Of a stretch of DNA of 64,000 bases, positions 28,919 to 39,159 are shown one piece after another. The number at the start of each line of letters is the position of its first letter. Position 1 is the stretch's first letter. Below the pieces are notes generated by a model. That model was given only the letters and a program-made list of their open reading frames with translations, was not told the DNA's origin and did not search any database. The stretch is taken from the NCBI GenBank assembly GCA_965200345.1, contig OZ241378.1, positions 659,231 to 723,230 on the forward strand. Direction: 5' to 3'. Origin of the DNA: Candidatus Poribacteria bacterium (lineage in GTDB: Bacteria > Poribacteria > WGA-4E > WGA-3G). The translations under genes and the position numbers were made by a program.

Positions 28919-30028
28919 TTAGTTGTTAAGGTTCAGCCAATCAATCTCATCAAGTGTAGCTGCTTCCCAGACCTCTTCAAAGAGTGAATCAAGGCGCGAG
29001 AGGTTCTGTATTGAGGCTATCTGATTAGCAACGGATTCTGGAACATCATTAAATCGAAATTGTAGCAGCTTGAGCACCGCTGCCTGTTTCGCCCGGGTTT
29101 CGCCTTGTTCTATACCTTGTTCTATACCTTGTTCTATACCTTGTTCTATACCTTGTTCTATACCTTGTTCTATACCTTGTTCTCTAAGAATATCTGCCAT
29201 CGATTTTGCCATTGTTTCTACCTCCAACTCTTGGATATGTTGACCTACTAACTTTACTAACTCTTGATGTTCATCAGCCGGACGACGATGCAGTATTAGT
29301 AAAAGTATATACTTAATAGCACGCTCCCACTGCCCAGATCGCTCTGTATCAAGTTCATTCAGGTGAGACATCGCCTCTACAAGCGCATCCACTAACGCAG
29401 CCTTACTTGCACGTTCCTTTTGAAGAACCGTTAGTAACCAACCAAATGGATGGTTTGTTTTCGTTAAATCTGATACCACCGTTCGTTTAACATCTAAAAA
29501 CAGGATTTCACACTTCGGAACAAATTGAAACATGCCTTCCGGAATATCCATTATCGCATCAAGTGTCAGCGGGGCATTCCAACCCCGGTCTCCACTATAA
29601 AAGACTATCGGCAGAATCGGACGCAAACGCCACGCACGCTCGGGGATATCGTTGGACACCCACTCCCGACGCTGGGCAGTCCAAATATCTATCATGTAAG
29701 ACATCACACGCAATCCCATGGAAACGTCAACCCTTGATTGGTGTTCAATCAGGATATAGATAAGCAGATCATCTGTTTCAGCCCCGCGTTTATAGGGCAC
29801 CCGAAAAAGAAGATCCGCTTCTTGTTCGCGAAGGGTATCGGCAATTAAACTCCTATTGAGTTGCGTGAGTTGACTAAAATCAATATGCTCAACGAATTCG
29901 CTGGGGGCAACGATTTCTAACAACCCTTGGACGTATTCTATGTATTGCAGGAGCCATCTGGCACTTCTATCGGGAAAATGTGTGATAGAAATGTCAAAAA
30001 AACTGCGTATATCTGTATCTTTGAGCAT
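28919..30028 (-). CDS. Rpn-family recombination-promoting nuclease / putative transposase (PD-(D/E)xK, YhgA-like) with a DUF4351-like tail
   Basis: 'ADLLFRV...LIYILIEHQS' forms the PDDEXK core. The C-terminal 'LLQFRFNDVPESV...I..L....L' matches the tail pattern. Confidence 0.75.
   Translation of the reverse strand: MLKDTDIRSFFDISITHFPDRSARWLLQYIEYVQGLLEIVAPSEFVEHIDFSQLTQLNRSLIADTLREQEADLLFRVPYKRGAETDDLLIYILIEHQSRVDVSMGLRVMSYMIDIWTAQRREWVSNDIPERAWRLRPILPIVFYSGDRGWNAPLTLDAIMDIPEGMFQFVPKCEILFLDVKRTVVSDLTKTNHPFGWLLTVLQKERASKAALVDALVEAMSHLNELDTERSGQWERAIKYILLLILHRRPADEHQELVKLVGQHIQELEVETMAKSMADILREQGIEQGIEQGIEQGIEQGIEQGIEQGETRAKQAAVLKLLQFRFNDVPESVANQIASIQNLSRLDSLFEEVWEAATLDEIDWLNLNN
29103..29186. 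repeat. 12-bp tandem repeat (ccttgttctata) x about 7 encoding (EQGI)n inside the Rpn gene
   Basis: Six perfect copies and one variant copy were read directly. Confidence 0.9.
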
Positions 30029-30075
30029 ATTCTCTGTGCGTTATTATGGTGTGTCTTGCTAACTTGTGTTCCACT

Positions 30076-30381
30076 CTAAGTTTTTCGCATTCCCGTTAAG
30101 ACGACTAACGGTTCGTGACTCGTGACGGTAATTGAGTGATAGGTATTCGCAGGAACATCAATCCGATCGCCACTTTCTATGGACCCGTGTTCATCCGCGA
30201 CCTTCACATCTGCCGTGCCAGATAACACACAGACGACTTCATCTTGGGTGTGGATATAATCGAGATAGGCACCGCCAGGACGCCCCGACCACTCGTAGGC
30301 ATTGAAGCCTTCGGATTGCAGCTGTTGCTTTAAGGTGTCAGTGTCTGCATGCTGTTCTGACCAACGCGATTTCCAATTCAT
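30076..30381 (-). CDS. cupin domain protein
   Basis: Small beta-barrel cupin pattern 'DEVVCVLSGTADV...GD...VPANTYH'. Confidence 0.65.
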   Translation of the reverse strand: MNWKSRWSEQHADTDTLKQQLQSEGFNAYEWSGRPGGAYLDYIHTQDEVVCVLSGTADVKVADEHGSIESGDRIDVPANTYHSITVTSHEPLVVLTGMRKT

Positions 30382-30485
30382 GGAGCACCTCCTTGGTTGG
30401 TTTATTGGTGAGAGATTTCTGTGGATATTATACCATTTCTGAAATTATATCCTGCACTCACGCCTCATATTAAAATGAACCACCC

Positions 30486-30884
30486 TCACTCAATTTCTAC
30501 GATCTGAATATTATTTCCGCAAGTATCATTGAAGACAGCAAAAATTGTTGTTCCTATCTCAGTAGGTTCTACACTGAATTCGACGCCAAGGTTGATTAAT
30601 CGCTCATATTCTTCCTGAACGTTTTCCACACTGAATTGGGTATAGGGAAGTCCTGCATCAAATAAAGCTTTTTGATACGTTGTAGCGGGTTTAAAATGGT
30701 TTTCAGATAATGGTTCTAACAAAAGTTCAGGCCCGTCTTGTTCTTTTTTTGATACTACCGTAAGCCATCTGTCCCCATTTTCTAAGGGAATGTCCCTCTT
30801 CTTGACAAATCCCAATTTTTCAGTATAAAATTTTAATGCACTTTCCTGATCTTGAACAAAAATGCTGGTTACTCTAATTTTCAT
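30486..30884 (-). CDS. VOC/glyoxalase-family protein
   Basis: 'FYTEKLGF' and 'FNDTCGNNIQIVE' are typical of the VOC fold. An ATG lies at 30884. Confidence 0.7.
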   Translation of the reverse strand: MKIRVTSIFVQDQESALKFYTEKLGFVKKRDIPLENGDRWLTVVSKKEQDGPELLLEPLSENHFKPATTYQKALFDAGLPYTQFSVENVQEEYERLINLGVEFSVEPTEIGTTIFAVFNDTCGNNIQIVEIE

Positions 30885-31130
30885 AGCGTTATTTACCTCG
30901 AATTCGCCCGATGAAGCGGACGCTTTTTTCTTCAAATCTGATCGAAAAGCTTCCAATCAGAATTGGTGTTATTTTATATTTTTCTGTCCTAAACGGTTCT
31001 TATAGTAGAGCCCGTAATTATTTTCACACATAGGGGAACCGTAGGGGTTGGGTTACCCAAACCCTACGAGCGAAAAGTGTAAACTTATTTTCGGATTTTA
31101 CTATAACTGACAACTAAGAACCGAAAACCA

Positions 31131-33830
31131 CTAAAGTGGCTCCAACCGTACAGGACACACTTTTAGTTCGGCTGTGTGGGTAATCGGGTCGTAACCAGAA
31201 CCTGTCAATAGGTTGACAGGGACATCTGCGAAGCTAAAACTGGCGAAAACAGTCCCGCGCGGCGAACGGTTCGTCGCTTTGACTTTGATGTTGATACTGC
31301 CGCGTGCACTACTCATTTTACACCACTCTCCATCCGTTAGTTCCCATTTCTCAAGGTCTGCTGGATTGACCTCCAATGATTCTTCAGGCAAGAGGTAATC
31401 AATCCCCTGTGCCCTACCCGTCTGTGTTCGGGTGTGATAGGACTGCAAGCGTCTCCCTGTTGTGAGCCATACGGGGAAATCGTCGCTAATTGTCTCGGCA
31501 GGGTCTCGGTAATGTACATTTGAGAAAATACCACGACCGTTGACAAACGATTCCTCATGGAGCCGTGGTGTCCCCGGATGTTCCTTGTGCGGCACGGGCC
31601 ATTGGTATTCACTCTTGTCAATGCGTTCCCAATCTAATCCTGCGTAAATCGGTGAAACCCGACAGAGTTCATTGAAGACCGGTTTTGGCGTATCGAAATC
31701 GAAGCCTTCAAACCCGAGACGTTGTGCAATTTGGCAGATAATCCACCAATCCGGTTTCGCCTGACCCGGTGGTGGGACGGCCGCGCGCATCCGTTGAACA
31801 CGCCGTTCCGTATTTGTGCAGACCCCATCCGTTTCACCCCAAGCAGTTGCTGGTAGTACAATATCAGCGAGTTCAGCAGTCTCAGTGAGAAAGATGTCAA
31901 TAACGACGAGGTGCTCTAATGAACGGAGCGCGTGCTCACAATGCTCTCTATCCGGGTCGGAGAGCAACGTATTTTCGCCATCAATGAGCATCGCATGGAT
32001 GCTGTCCCCACAAAGTTCTAAGGCAGTTACTTTCGTGATGCCCTTCTCCAAATCAACGGCTTTGCCATACTCCGCTTTGAATTTCGCCTGATGTTCTGGA
32101 TCCGTAACGGCTTGGAAGCCGGGGTAGTTGTTCGGCAATGCGCCACTATCGCCTGCCCCCTGAATGTTGTTTTGCCCACGCATCGGATTGATACCTGTTC
32201 CCTCGCGTCCGACATTCCCGGTCATCAAGGCGAGATTGCAGAGGCTCTGAACATTCTCAACGCCACAGATATGTTCGGTGATGCCGAGTGTGTAGTAGAT
32301 AGCCCCTTTGTTCGTGCTGCCGTACCACATCGCCGCTGTCTCAATGTCCTTCGCGGGGACCCCTGTAATCGTTTCTGCCCACTCCGGGGTCCACTCACTG
32401 ATATGTTCAAAGAATTCGTCAAACCCAGTCGTGCGGTTTTCGATGAACGCTTCGTCAATCAAGCCTTCGCGGGCGATCACGTGTGCCATGCCAAGGAGCA
32501 GTGCTGTGTCGGAACCGACGCGGAGGGGTAGATAGAGATGCGACAACTCTGCCAACCCGATGCGTCTCGGATCCGCAACGATGAGTTTCGCACCACGTGC
32601 GATTGCCTTCTTAAGCCCCGTCGCCGCGACAGGATGACATTCCGTCATATTTGTGCCGATACAGAAGATGACCTCCGGTTTTTGCATATCAACGAGCGGG
32701 TTAGACATCGCGCCACGTCCGATTGTCGCTGCCAGACCGGCAACGGTCGGCGCGTGTCAGGCACGGCTGCAGTTGTCGATGTAGTTGCTCCCGAACCCTA
32801 CACGGATAAACTTCTGCATCAGATACGCAGCTTCACTCGGTGCCCGTCCGGAAGCGATGCCATAGATGCTGTGTCTACCGTGTTCAGCATTAATTTTTCG
32901 GAAACCTTCAGCGGCTTTCTCAAGTGCGTCCTCCCATGTGGCTTCGTGGAGTTCACCATCTGCCCCGCGGATAAGTGGGGTCTTTAACCGGTCGGGATGT
33001 TGCACGAAATCGTAAGCAAACTGACCTTTAACACAGAGCGCGCCTTGATTCGCGGGGCCGTCCATGGCAGGATGGATGCCAACAATCTTCTCATTTTTCG
33101 TGAGGATATCAACGGAGCATCCTACACCGCAGTATGGACAGATTGTGCGGGTTTTGTCAGGCATAGCATCAGCTACCTCATCAACCGCCCGGAGTGCTTT
33201 CTTGTCGGCGAGTGCACCTGTCGGACAGGTCTGGATACACTGCCCGCAAAACGTGCAGGCGGAATCCTTGAGAAGCCCATCAAACTCTGTGGTAATCTGT
33301 GTATGGAAGCCGCGGTTCATGACGTTGATCGCGTGGTCCCCCTCTTGTTCGGCACAGACGCGGACGCACCGATAACAGGAGATACAAAGTTCATAATCTC
33401 TGAGGATAAACGGATTGTCATCTTCGGTTTTATTACTGCCGGATTTCGCACCTGTCATACGGGTGCCGTTTACTGCATACTTGTCGCGGAGGTCCGCGAG
33501 TTCACCAGCAGCATAACCGCGTAACGGGGACACATCAACTTCACGATTCTCGCTGACAACCATCTCCAGCAGCGTCTTCCGGTACGCCTCTATTGTATCG
33601 GTCGCTGTGCGGACAACCATTCCCTCTGTGGCTTGCGTTGTACAGGATGCCACAGGGTTTCGCGCACCTTCTAACTCGACGATGCAAAGGCGGCAACCAC
33701 CGAAAGGCTCAAGCCTCGGATCATAGCAGAGCGTTGGAATCTCTTTTTGGTGGCGTTGCGCGACTTCAAGGATAGTTTCGCCTTCAGAAAAAGTGACTTC
33801 AATACCATCAATTTCCATGTTATGTTTCAT
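31131..33830 (-). CDS. fdhA: formate dehydrogenase alpha subunit (NuoG-like 2Fe-2S/4Fe-4S N-terminus + Mo/W-bisPGD domain), selenocysteine-containing (UGA at 32759..32757)
   Basis: ORFs 32757..33845 and 31131..32708 share a frame and are joined by a single TGA. The junction reads 'IDNCSRA-U-HAPTVAGL', which is the FDH active-site motif. A SECIS-like hairpin follows the TGA. Confidence 0.85.
32727..32745 (-). other. bacterial SECIS-like hairpin for fdhA
   Basis: CGUUGCC-GGUCU-GGCAGCG starts 11 nt after the UGA and has a GGUC-type loop, as in E. coli fdhF. Confidence 0.6.
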
Positions 33831-33880
33831 TGCGATAAACCTCAACGTGTCGTGCCCCGGGGTTGCCGCTACCCAATAGG

Positions 33881-34951
33881 TTATTCTCCAGCACTAAAAT
33901 CGATTTGTGGCACCTCTAATGTGCCAGCAAGAATTTGCTGTCTCGCTGCTTCTACCTTTTGTTGTACCGCTTCAGGTACCTGAGATTTCAGTTCTGGGTT
34001 ATAAGTCAAAGCGATTGCACCGTTGGTAGTCATTGTAAAGACATAGAGTTTGGATTCAAACGTTCCTGCCTTGACAGCCGTGGCGAGTTGCACATAGGCA
34101 TTCGGTGTAATCACGGCATTCGCGAGTACAGCGCGAGGTGAGACTGCACTCTGATCGCGGTTAGCACCAAAGGCGTAGACAGTTTTGCCGGAATCCTGTG
34201 CCATGACGACTGCTTCAAACACACCGAGTCCGGCTTCATTTGCATTATGAAAAATAAAGTCAACACCTTCTTGTATCTGTGCAAGTGCCAGTTCTCTCGC
34301 CTTAGCGATGTTTTCCCAATCGCCTACATAGGTGCGTTGCACTACGGCATCGGGGTTGCCGCTTTTCACGCCGCCCTCAAACGCCATAAATGTGCTGCTG
34401 CCAGACGGAAGCTCCTGACCGCCGACAATACCGATCTGGTCTGTCTGTGTCATCAGACCGGCTATCATCCCTAAAAGGTAGGTGGCTTGTTCAAGTCGAA
34501 AGACAATCGGGGCGACATTCTCACGGACGGCCCCACTTGCGCCGGCAGAGGTAATAAAGACAATTTCAGGATAATCGTGTGCGACGGCTATCGCTGCCTC
34601 CTGATATTCGTAGCCATGCCCGAAGATAAGGTTATAGCCATCCATAGCGTAGGCGCGAAAATCTGCTTCCCAGACATCCGGGGTTAAACTCTCGACGTAG
34701 TCTATTTCGGCACCGAGTTCGGCTCCGATTGCTGTTAAGCCATCGTGCGCCAAGGCGTTCCATCCCTGATCGCTAATAGAACCCGGTAGGAGCATACCGA
34801 CTTTGAATGTTCCGGATTCTGGCGCGTAGATAATTTTGCTGCTATCCTGAACTCTCTCGCAACCGACTATAGACCCGATGACCAAGAGACATACGATTAG
34901 GACTGAACGTCCAAGTTTATCTAAAAAAATCCAATAAATTCGTTGTTTCAC
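33881..34951 (-). CDS. BMP-family (PnrA/Med-like) ABC substrate-binding lipoprotein, paralogue 3
   Basis: 'KVGMLLPGSISDQGWNA' and a lipobox 'IVGC' are present. It is a paralogue of the two genes upstream. Confidence 0.8.
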   Translation of the reverse strand: MKQRIYWIFLDKLGRSVLIVCLLVIGSIVGCERVQDSSKIIYAPESGTFKVGMLLPGSISDQGWNALAHDGLTAIGAELGAEIDYVESLTPDVWEADFRAYAMDGYNLIFGHGYEYQEAAIAVAHDYPEIVFITSAGASGAVRENVAPIVFRLEQATYLLGMIAGLMTQTDQIGIVGGQELPSGSSTFMAFEGGVKSGNPDAVVQRTYVGDWENIAKARELALAQIQEGVDFIFHNANEAGLGVFEAVVMAQDSGKTVYAFGANRDQSAVSPRAVLANAVITPNAYVQLATAVKAGTFESKLYVFTMTTNGAIALTYNPELKSQVPEAVQQKVEAARQQILAGTLEVPQIDFSAGE

Positions 34952-35054
34952 CTGAATGCTTCCTTATTATTCGCTACCGCTGGCGCGGTTTGAAATTGGG
35001 GCTCTGCCCGTTCCGGGGAAGGACACCAGCAGTACACAAACTGACGGTTGACGG

Positions 35055-36092
35055 CTATTGCGTAAGATAGGTTTGCTCCACCTTTAATTCGCCTGAGAGA
35101 ATTTTGGCTTTAGCATCCTCAACGGCTTTTTGTGCTGTCTCTGGCACCTTATCCTTCAATGCCGGGTTGTAGACAAAAGTAAGTGCTTCATCTTCTGCCA
35201 TTGTGAAGCGATAGGGTTGCGGTTCAAAGGTGCCTTCCATCACAATCTTGGCGAGATTTACAAAGACCTTGGGGGTAACAATGGCACTCGCGACTATAGT
35301 TGTAGGGGACAACTCGCTCTGGTCTCGATATACCCCGAAAGTGTAGACGGTCTTTCCATCGGATTGTGCCTCCATTGCAGCTTGAAAAACGCCGAGCCCC
35401 GCGACATCCGCAACCGGAAAGAGAAAGTCGCTGTCTTCATTAATGTGCGCCCGGGCGAGTTCCTTCCCTTTCCCGATGTCCGACCAATTGCCGACATACG
35501 CCCGATGGACCACGACATCAGGGTTAACGCTTTTCGCGCCCTCTTCAAACGCGCTAAACATACTATTGATAGCTGAGATGTTTTGTCCACCGACAATACC
35601 GATTTTGTTTGTTTGGGTCATTGAACCGGCGATAACCCCTAACAAGTAAACGGGCTCCTCAATCGCGAAAACGATCGGAGATATATTATCGGTGACGGTG
35701 TTCCCAGTGGATGTAATAAAAACCGTTTCGGGGAAGTCTGGGGCAACTTGTTTCGCAGATTCCTGATATCCGAAGCCGTGCCCCCAAATAAGTTGGTACC
35801 CATCCAGCGCGTAATCGCGAAAGTGTGCTTCCTGATCCGTAGGCGTTCGGCTCTCAACGTGGCTAACTTTCGCGCCTAACTCCTTTTCAATCGCTTTGAG
35901 GCCATCATAAGCGAAAGCATTCCATCCTCCATCGGTGATGGAAGCGGGCAGAAGTAAAGCAACCTTAAATTTTTCATGTCCTTTCGCATAGATATTTATG
36001 CTTCCAATTAACATGAATCCGATTGTCAAAAGCCATAGAAGTACGGCATAGATTGCCATACTATATCGCGATTTCCGAGATAGCTGTTTCAC
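35055..36092 (-). CDS. BMP-family ABC substrate-binding protein, paralogue 2
   Basis: 'KVALLLPASITDGGWNA' is present. The protein aligns over its whole length with paralogues 1 and 3. Confidence 0.8.
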   Translation of the reverse strand: MKQLSRKSRYSMAIYAVLLWLLTIGFMLIGSINIYAKGHEKFKVALLLPASITDGGWNAFAYDGLKAIEKELGAKVSHVESRTPTDQEAHFRDYALDGYQLIWGHGFGYQESAKQVAPDFPETVFITSTGNTVTDNISPIVFAIEEPVYLLGVIAGSMTQTNKIGIVGGQNISAINSMFSAFEEGAKSVNPDVVVHRAYVGNWSDIGKGKELARAHINEDSDFLFPVADVAGLGVFQAAMEAQSDGKTVYTFGVYRDQSELSPTTIVASAIVTPKVFVNLAKIVMEGTFEPQPYRFTMAEDEALTFVYNPALKDKVPETAQKAVEDAKAKILSGELKVEQTYLTQ

Positions 36093-36129
36093 GCGAATAT
36101 TCCTCCAATAGTTCGGTTACAGAAGCCTA

Positions 36130-37182
36130 TCAATCTTTGTCGTCTTCCTTTTCAGTGAAATCAATTTGTGGTACCTTCAACTCACCTGCAAGGATCTTGG
36201 CTTTTGCATCTTCAACGGCTTTTTGGACATTTTCTGGCACCTTATCCTTCAACGCGGGACTGTAGGTGAGGGTGATCGCTTCGTCTGTCAACATGTTGAA
36301 AGTATAAACCTGCGGTTTAAACTTGCCGTCCTTGATAAGTTTGGCAATTTGTACAAAAGCGTTCGGTGTAATCACGGCATTCGCAATCACGGTCGGAGAA
36401 ATATCACTCTTATCGCGATTCGCTCCAAAGGTATACACCAACTTGCCCTCTTTTTGAGCGAGCTCAGCCGCCTCATAGGCACCGAGTCCAGCGGCATCAG
36501 CATTCGGGAAGATAAAATCGACGCCCTCATTAATCTGTGCGAGTGCGAGTTCCTTACCTTTGCCGATGTCCTCCCAATTCCCGACGTATACCCAAGATAC
36601 CTCTACTTCAGCGTTCACACTTTTCGCACCGCCTTCAAACGCCATAAACGTGCTATTCACAGATGGGATATTCTGTCCACCCATCACACCGAGTTTATTG
36701 GTTTTCGTCATCATGCCTGCGATCATCCCTAAAAGATAGGCAGGCTCTTCAACGCGGAAGTTCGCGGGTGAAATATTATCGGTGATCGTGCCGCCGGAAG
36801 ATGTGATGAAAATCGTCTCAGGAAAGTCGGCTGCGACAGCTTTCGCAGGGTCTTGAAACTCGTATCCGTGTCCAAACACCAAGTTGTAGCCGTCCAGTGC
36901 GTAGGAACGGAATTGTTCTTCCTGATCCGAGGGGGTTCGGGTCTCAGCGTGGCTGGTTTCCGCACCGAGTTGTTTTTCGATCGCCACAAGTCCTTCATAA
37001 GCCAGAGCGTTCCAACCCGCATCACTGATAGAACCGGGTAGCAGCATCGCAACTTTGAATTTTTCATGTCCTTTTGCGTTGAGATCTATATTCCCAACAA
37101 GTATGAATCCGATTGCGAAAAGGCATAGGAGGAGTCCGTAGATTGTGACCCTGTTTCGTAAATTGTAAGATAGCTGTTTCAC
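36130..37182 (-). CDS. BMP-family ABC substrate-binding protein, paralogue 1
   Basis: 'KVAMLLPGSISDAGWNA' is present, with an N-terminal signal anchor. Confidence 0.8.
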   Translation of the reverse strand: MKQLSYNLRNRVTIYGLLLCLFAIGFILVGNIDLNAKGHEKFKVAMLLPGSISDAGWNALAYEGLVAIEKQLGAETSHAETRTPSDQEEQFRSYALDGYNLVFGHGYEFQDPAKAVAADFPETIFITSSGGTITDNISPANFRVEEPAYLLGMIAGMMTKTNKLGVMGGQNIPSVNSTFMAFEGGAKSVNAEVEVSWVYVGNWEDIGKGKELALAQINEGVDFIFPNADAAGLGAYEAAELAQKEGKLVYTFGANRDKSDISPTVIANAVITPNAFVQIAKLIKDGKFKPQVYTFNMLTDEAITLTYSPALKDKVPENVQKAVEDAKAKILAGELKVPQIDFTEKEDDKD

Positions 37183-37528
37183 GTTAAAAATTCTCCTTTA
37201 TCACTGGAATGTTGCTTTAAAGTATAGCACGTTTACGCGAAAAATGTAAAGTGGTATCATTTTACGATTCAGCGCCATTCAATTTTAAGAAATTATTGGA
37301 TTTCACGTCTTTTTTTTCAGGAGCCGGTGCGGTTGGAATGCAGGTCGCATTTTGGGTTTTTGCTGGCGGTCTTTGCTTGGTGTCTTTGATAGGGTGTTTC
37401 TGCGGATTTCTGCGGATTTCTTCGCGTACGCCGCAAAACTGCACCTACCGGGCCTGGGGGTGAAGATTCGATCGGAAAATGGAGAATTGAATGTCTCTGT
37501 TTTACGATTACGATAAAAATACAGCTAA

Positions 37529-38044
37529 CTAAAATTCAAAGATGGAAAAGATTGGTAAATCCCTCATCTTTTCTCTACCGTTGAGTTCGGTGAGTTCTAT
37601 TAAAAGGGCAATGCCTACAATTTCCCCACCTGCTTTTTCAACGAGTTCAATCGTTGCTGCAAGGGTTCCACCAGTAGCCAAGAGATCATCGCATAAGAGT
37701 ACGCGGCTCCCTTTTGGAAAATCGTCTTGATGGATAGTGAGTGTGTCTTCTCCGTACTCAAGATCATAGGTCACTTCGTATGTATCATAAGGTAACTTCC
37801 CTTTTTTACGTACAGGAACAAAGCCTGCCCCCATCCGATACGCAAGTGCAGAAGCGAAAATGAACCCTCTTGCTTCGGGGCCTGCGATTACGTCAACTCC
37901 CTCATTTTTATAGTGGTTTGCGTAGACCTCAATTACAGCGTTGAAAACAGGGGCATTTACTAAAAGTGGCGTAATGTCTTTAAACATAATACCGGGTTTA
38001 GGATAATCAGGTATAGTTCGGATAAACTTGGATAAATCGTTCAT
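37529..38044 (-). CDS. apt: adenine phosphoribosyltransferase
   Basis: 'YPKPGIMFKDITPL' and the PRPP motif 'VLLCDDLLATGGT' are present. The ATG at 38044 gives 171 aa. Confidence 0.9.
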   Translation of the reverse strand: MNDLSKFIRTIPDYPKPGIMFKDITPLLVNAPVFNAVIEVYANHYKNEGVDVIAGPEARGFIFASALAYRMGAGFVPVRKKGKLPYDTYEVTYDLEYGEDTLTIHQDDFPKGSRVLLCDDLLATGGTLAATIELVEKAGGEIVGIALLIELTELNGREKMRDLPIFSIFEF

Positions 38045-38195
38045 AACGTTGTAAAACCTTTTGAATTTAGCAGTTTCAGGTTTGAGATTTTTGTAAAACA
38101 ATTGGCTATATTATAGCATTTTTATGCTGTATTGTCAAAAACCGAGACACCTGTTAGGGTATCACGGTGAAGTGCTGACGTTTGCGGAATTTCCA

Positions 38196-38224
38196 TTGAC
38201 ACGCTTATACAAATTGCGTATACT
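38196..38224 (+). promoter_or_regulatory. sigma70 promoter TTGACA-17-TATACT for the DUF6807-ABC operon
   Basis: The hexamers were read directly. Confidence 0.55.
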
Positions 38225-38304
38225 TTTTAGAACCATTTGTGCAGAATAACGCGGATCAAAATATCAATTTTAATTAATATTGAAACTTGTTCAAATGAGG
38301 AATT

Positions 38305-39159
38305 ATGGAAAACAATTTTGAAGTTAAAGTAAATGCCAAAACACATCTGGTTGTTGAAGCCGACACGGGTCGTTGTTTGGGCGGTGTCGGTGCGAACTTT
38401 TATCGTCCGTTTGTCTTTCCGTTCTACACGCCGGCGGGACAGACCGTCGTTCAGGAGTTCGCCTTCGATCACCCGTTCCACAACGGTATTTTCGTTGGAC
38501 AAGGACCGGTTCAAGTCGGCGACAGGGAAGCAGGTTTTTGGGCATCGCCGCCCCGCCGTTCTTGGACAGATAAAGTCTTTGAGAGATTAGGACGGATGGA
38601 TACGCAGAAAGACATTGGCATTACGCCACACGCCGATGGTGTCCAATTCGTTCAGAATGTTGTCTGGCGAGATGAAAACGAAGAACCGTTGATCGATGAA
38701 ATTCGTACTGTCAATCTTCACGCGCTTGATGATGCCACTATCTGCGATATGACGAGTGAGAAGATCGCTGCTTACGGTGCCGTTACGTATCCGCAGACGA
38801 AATTTGGGAGCATCGGTATCCGCGTTGAACCGAGACTTCTGCCTGTCATGGGCGGTATTGTGTTGGGGGACAATGGACGCAGCGGAAGTGTTGATGTCGT
38901 CCACGAAGGCGAATCGGATTTCGTTGCCTACCAAAACGTGTTGGCAGGGCATGGTGCGTTCGGTGTCTTTATGAGCATTCTTAATGAAGGCATTCGGGGG
39001 CCGTGGTTCATTCGGGATTACGGGATGGCGCTCTATAATCCGACTTGGACAGGCACCGTATCAACACCTGAAGGTGAAAGTTGGACAGTTTCGCTTCGGG
39101 TTATCGCTTACGATGGAGAATTGACGCCCGCGAGCGCGGAAAAGTGGTGCCTGCTGTAG
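38305..39159 (+). CDS. DUF6807 (PmoA-family) protein
   Basis: 'FDHPFHNGIF', 'TKFGSIGIRV' and 'WFIRDYGMALYNP' fit my recollection of the DUF6807 pattern. Confidence 0.5.
   Translation: MENNFEVKVNAKTHLVVEADTGRCLGGVGANFYRPFVFPFYTPAGQTVVQEFAFDHPFHNGIFVGQGPVQVGDREAGFWASPPRRSWTDKVFERLGRMDTQKDIGITPHADGVQFVQNVVWRDENEEPLIDEIRTVNLHALDDATICDMTSEKIAAYGAVTYPQTKFGSIGIRVEPRLLPVMGGIVLGDNGRSGSVDVVHEGESDFVAYQNVLAGHGAFGVFMSILNEGIRGPWFIRDYGMALYNPTWTGTVSTPEGESWTVSLRVIAYDGELTPASAEKWCLL

Noticed and set aside
29103-29186. A CRISPR array, considered for this block and for the heptad repeat blocks at 58461..58488 and 59011..59235.
   Set aside because: The repeat units are 7-12 bp and directly abutting, with no unique spacers. 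The block at 29103 lies inside a CDS in frame, and there are no cas genes.
26700-31000. A genomic island, suggested by apparently AT-rich genes: the orphan lipoprotein, the Rpn nuclease, a cupin and a VOC protein.
   Set aside because: GC content was judged by eye only. The core gene pepA sits in the middle, and there is no integrase, tRNA or direct-repeat boundary. The evidence does not support calling an island.
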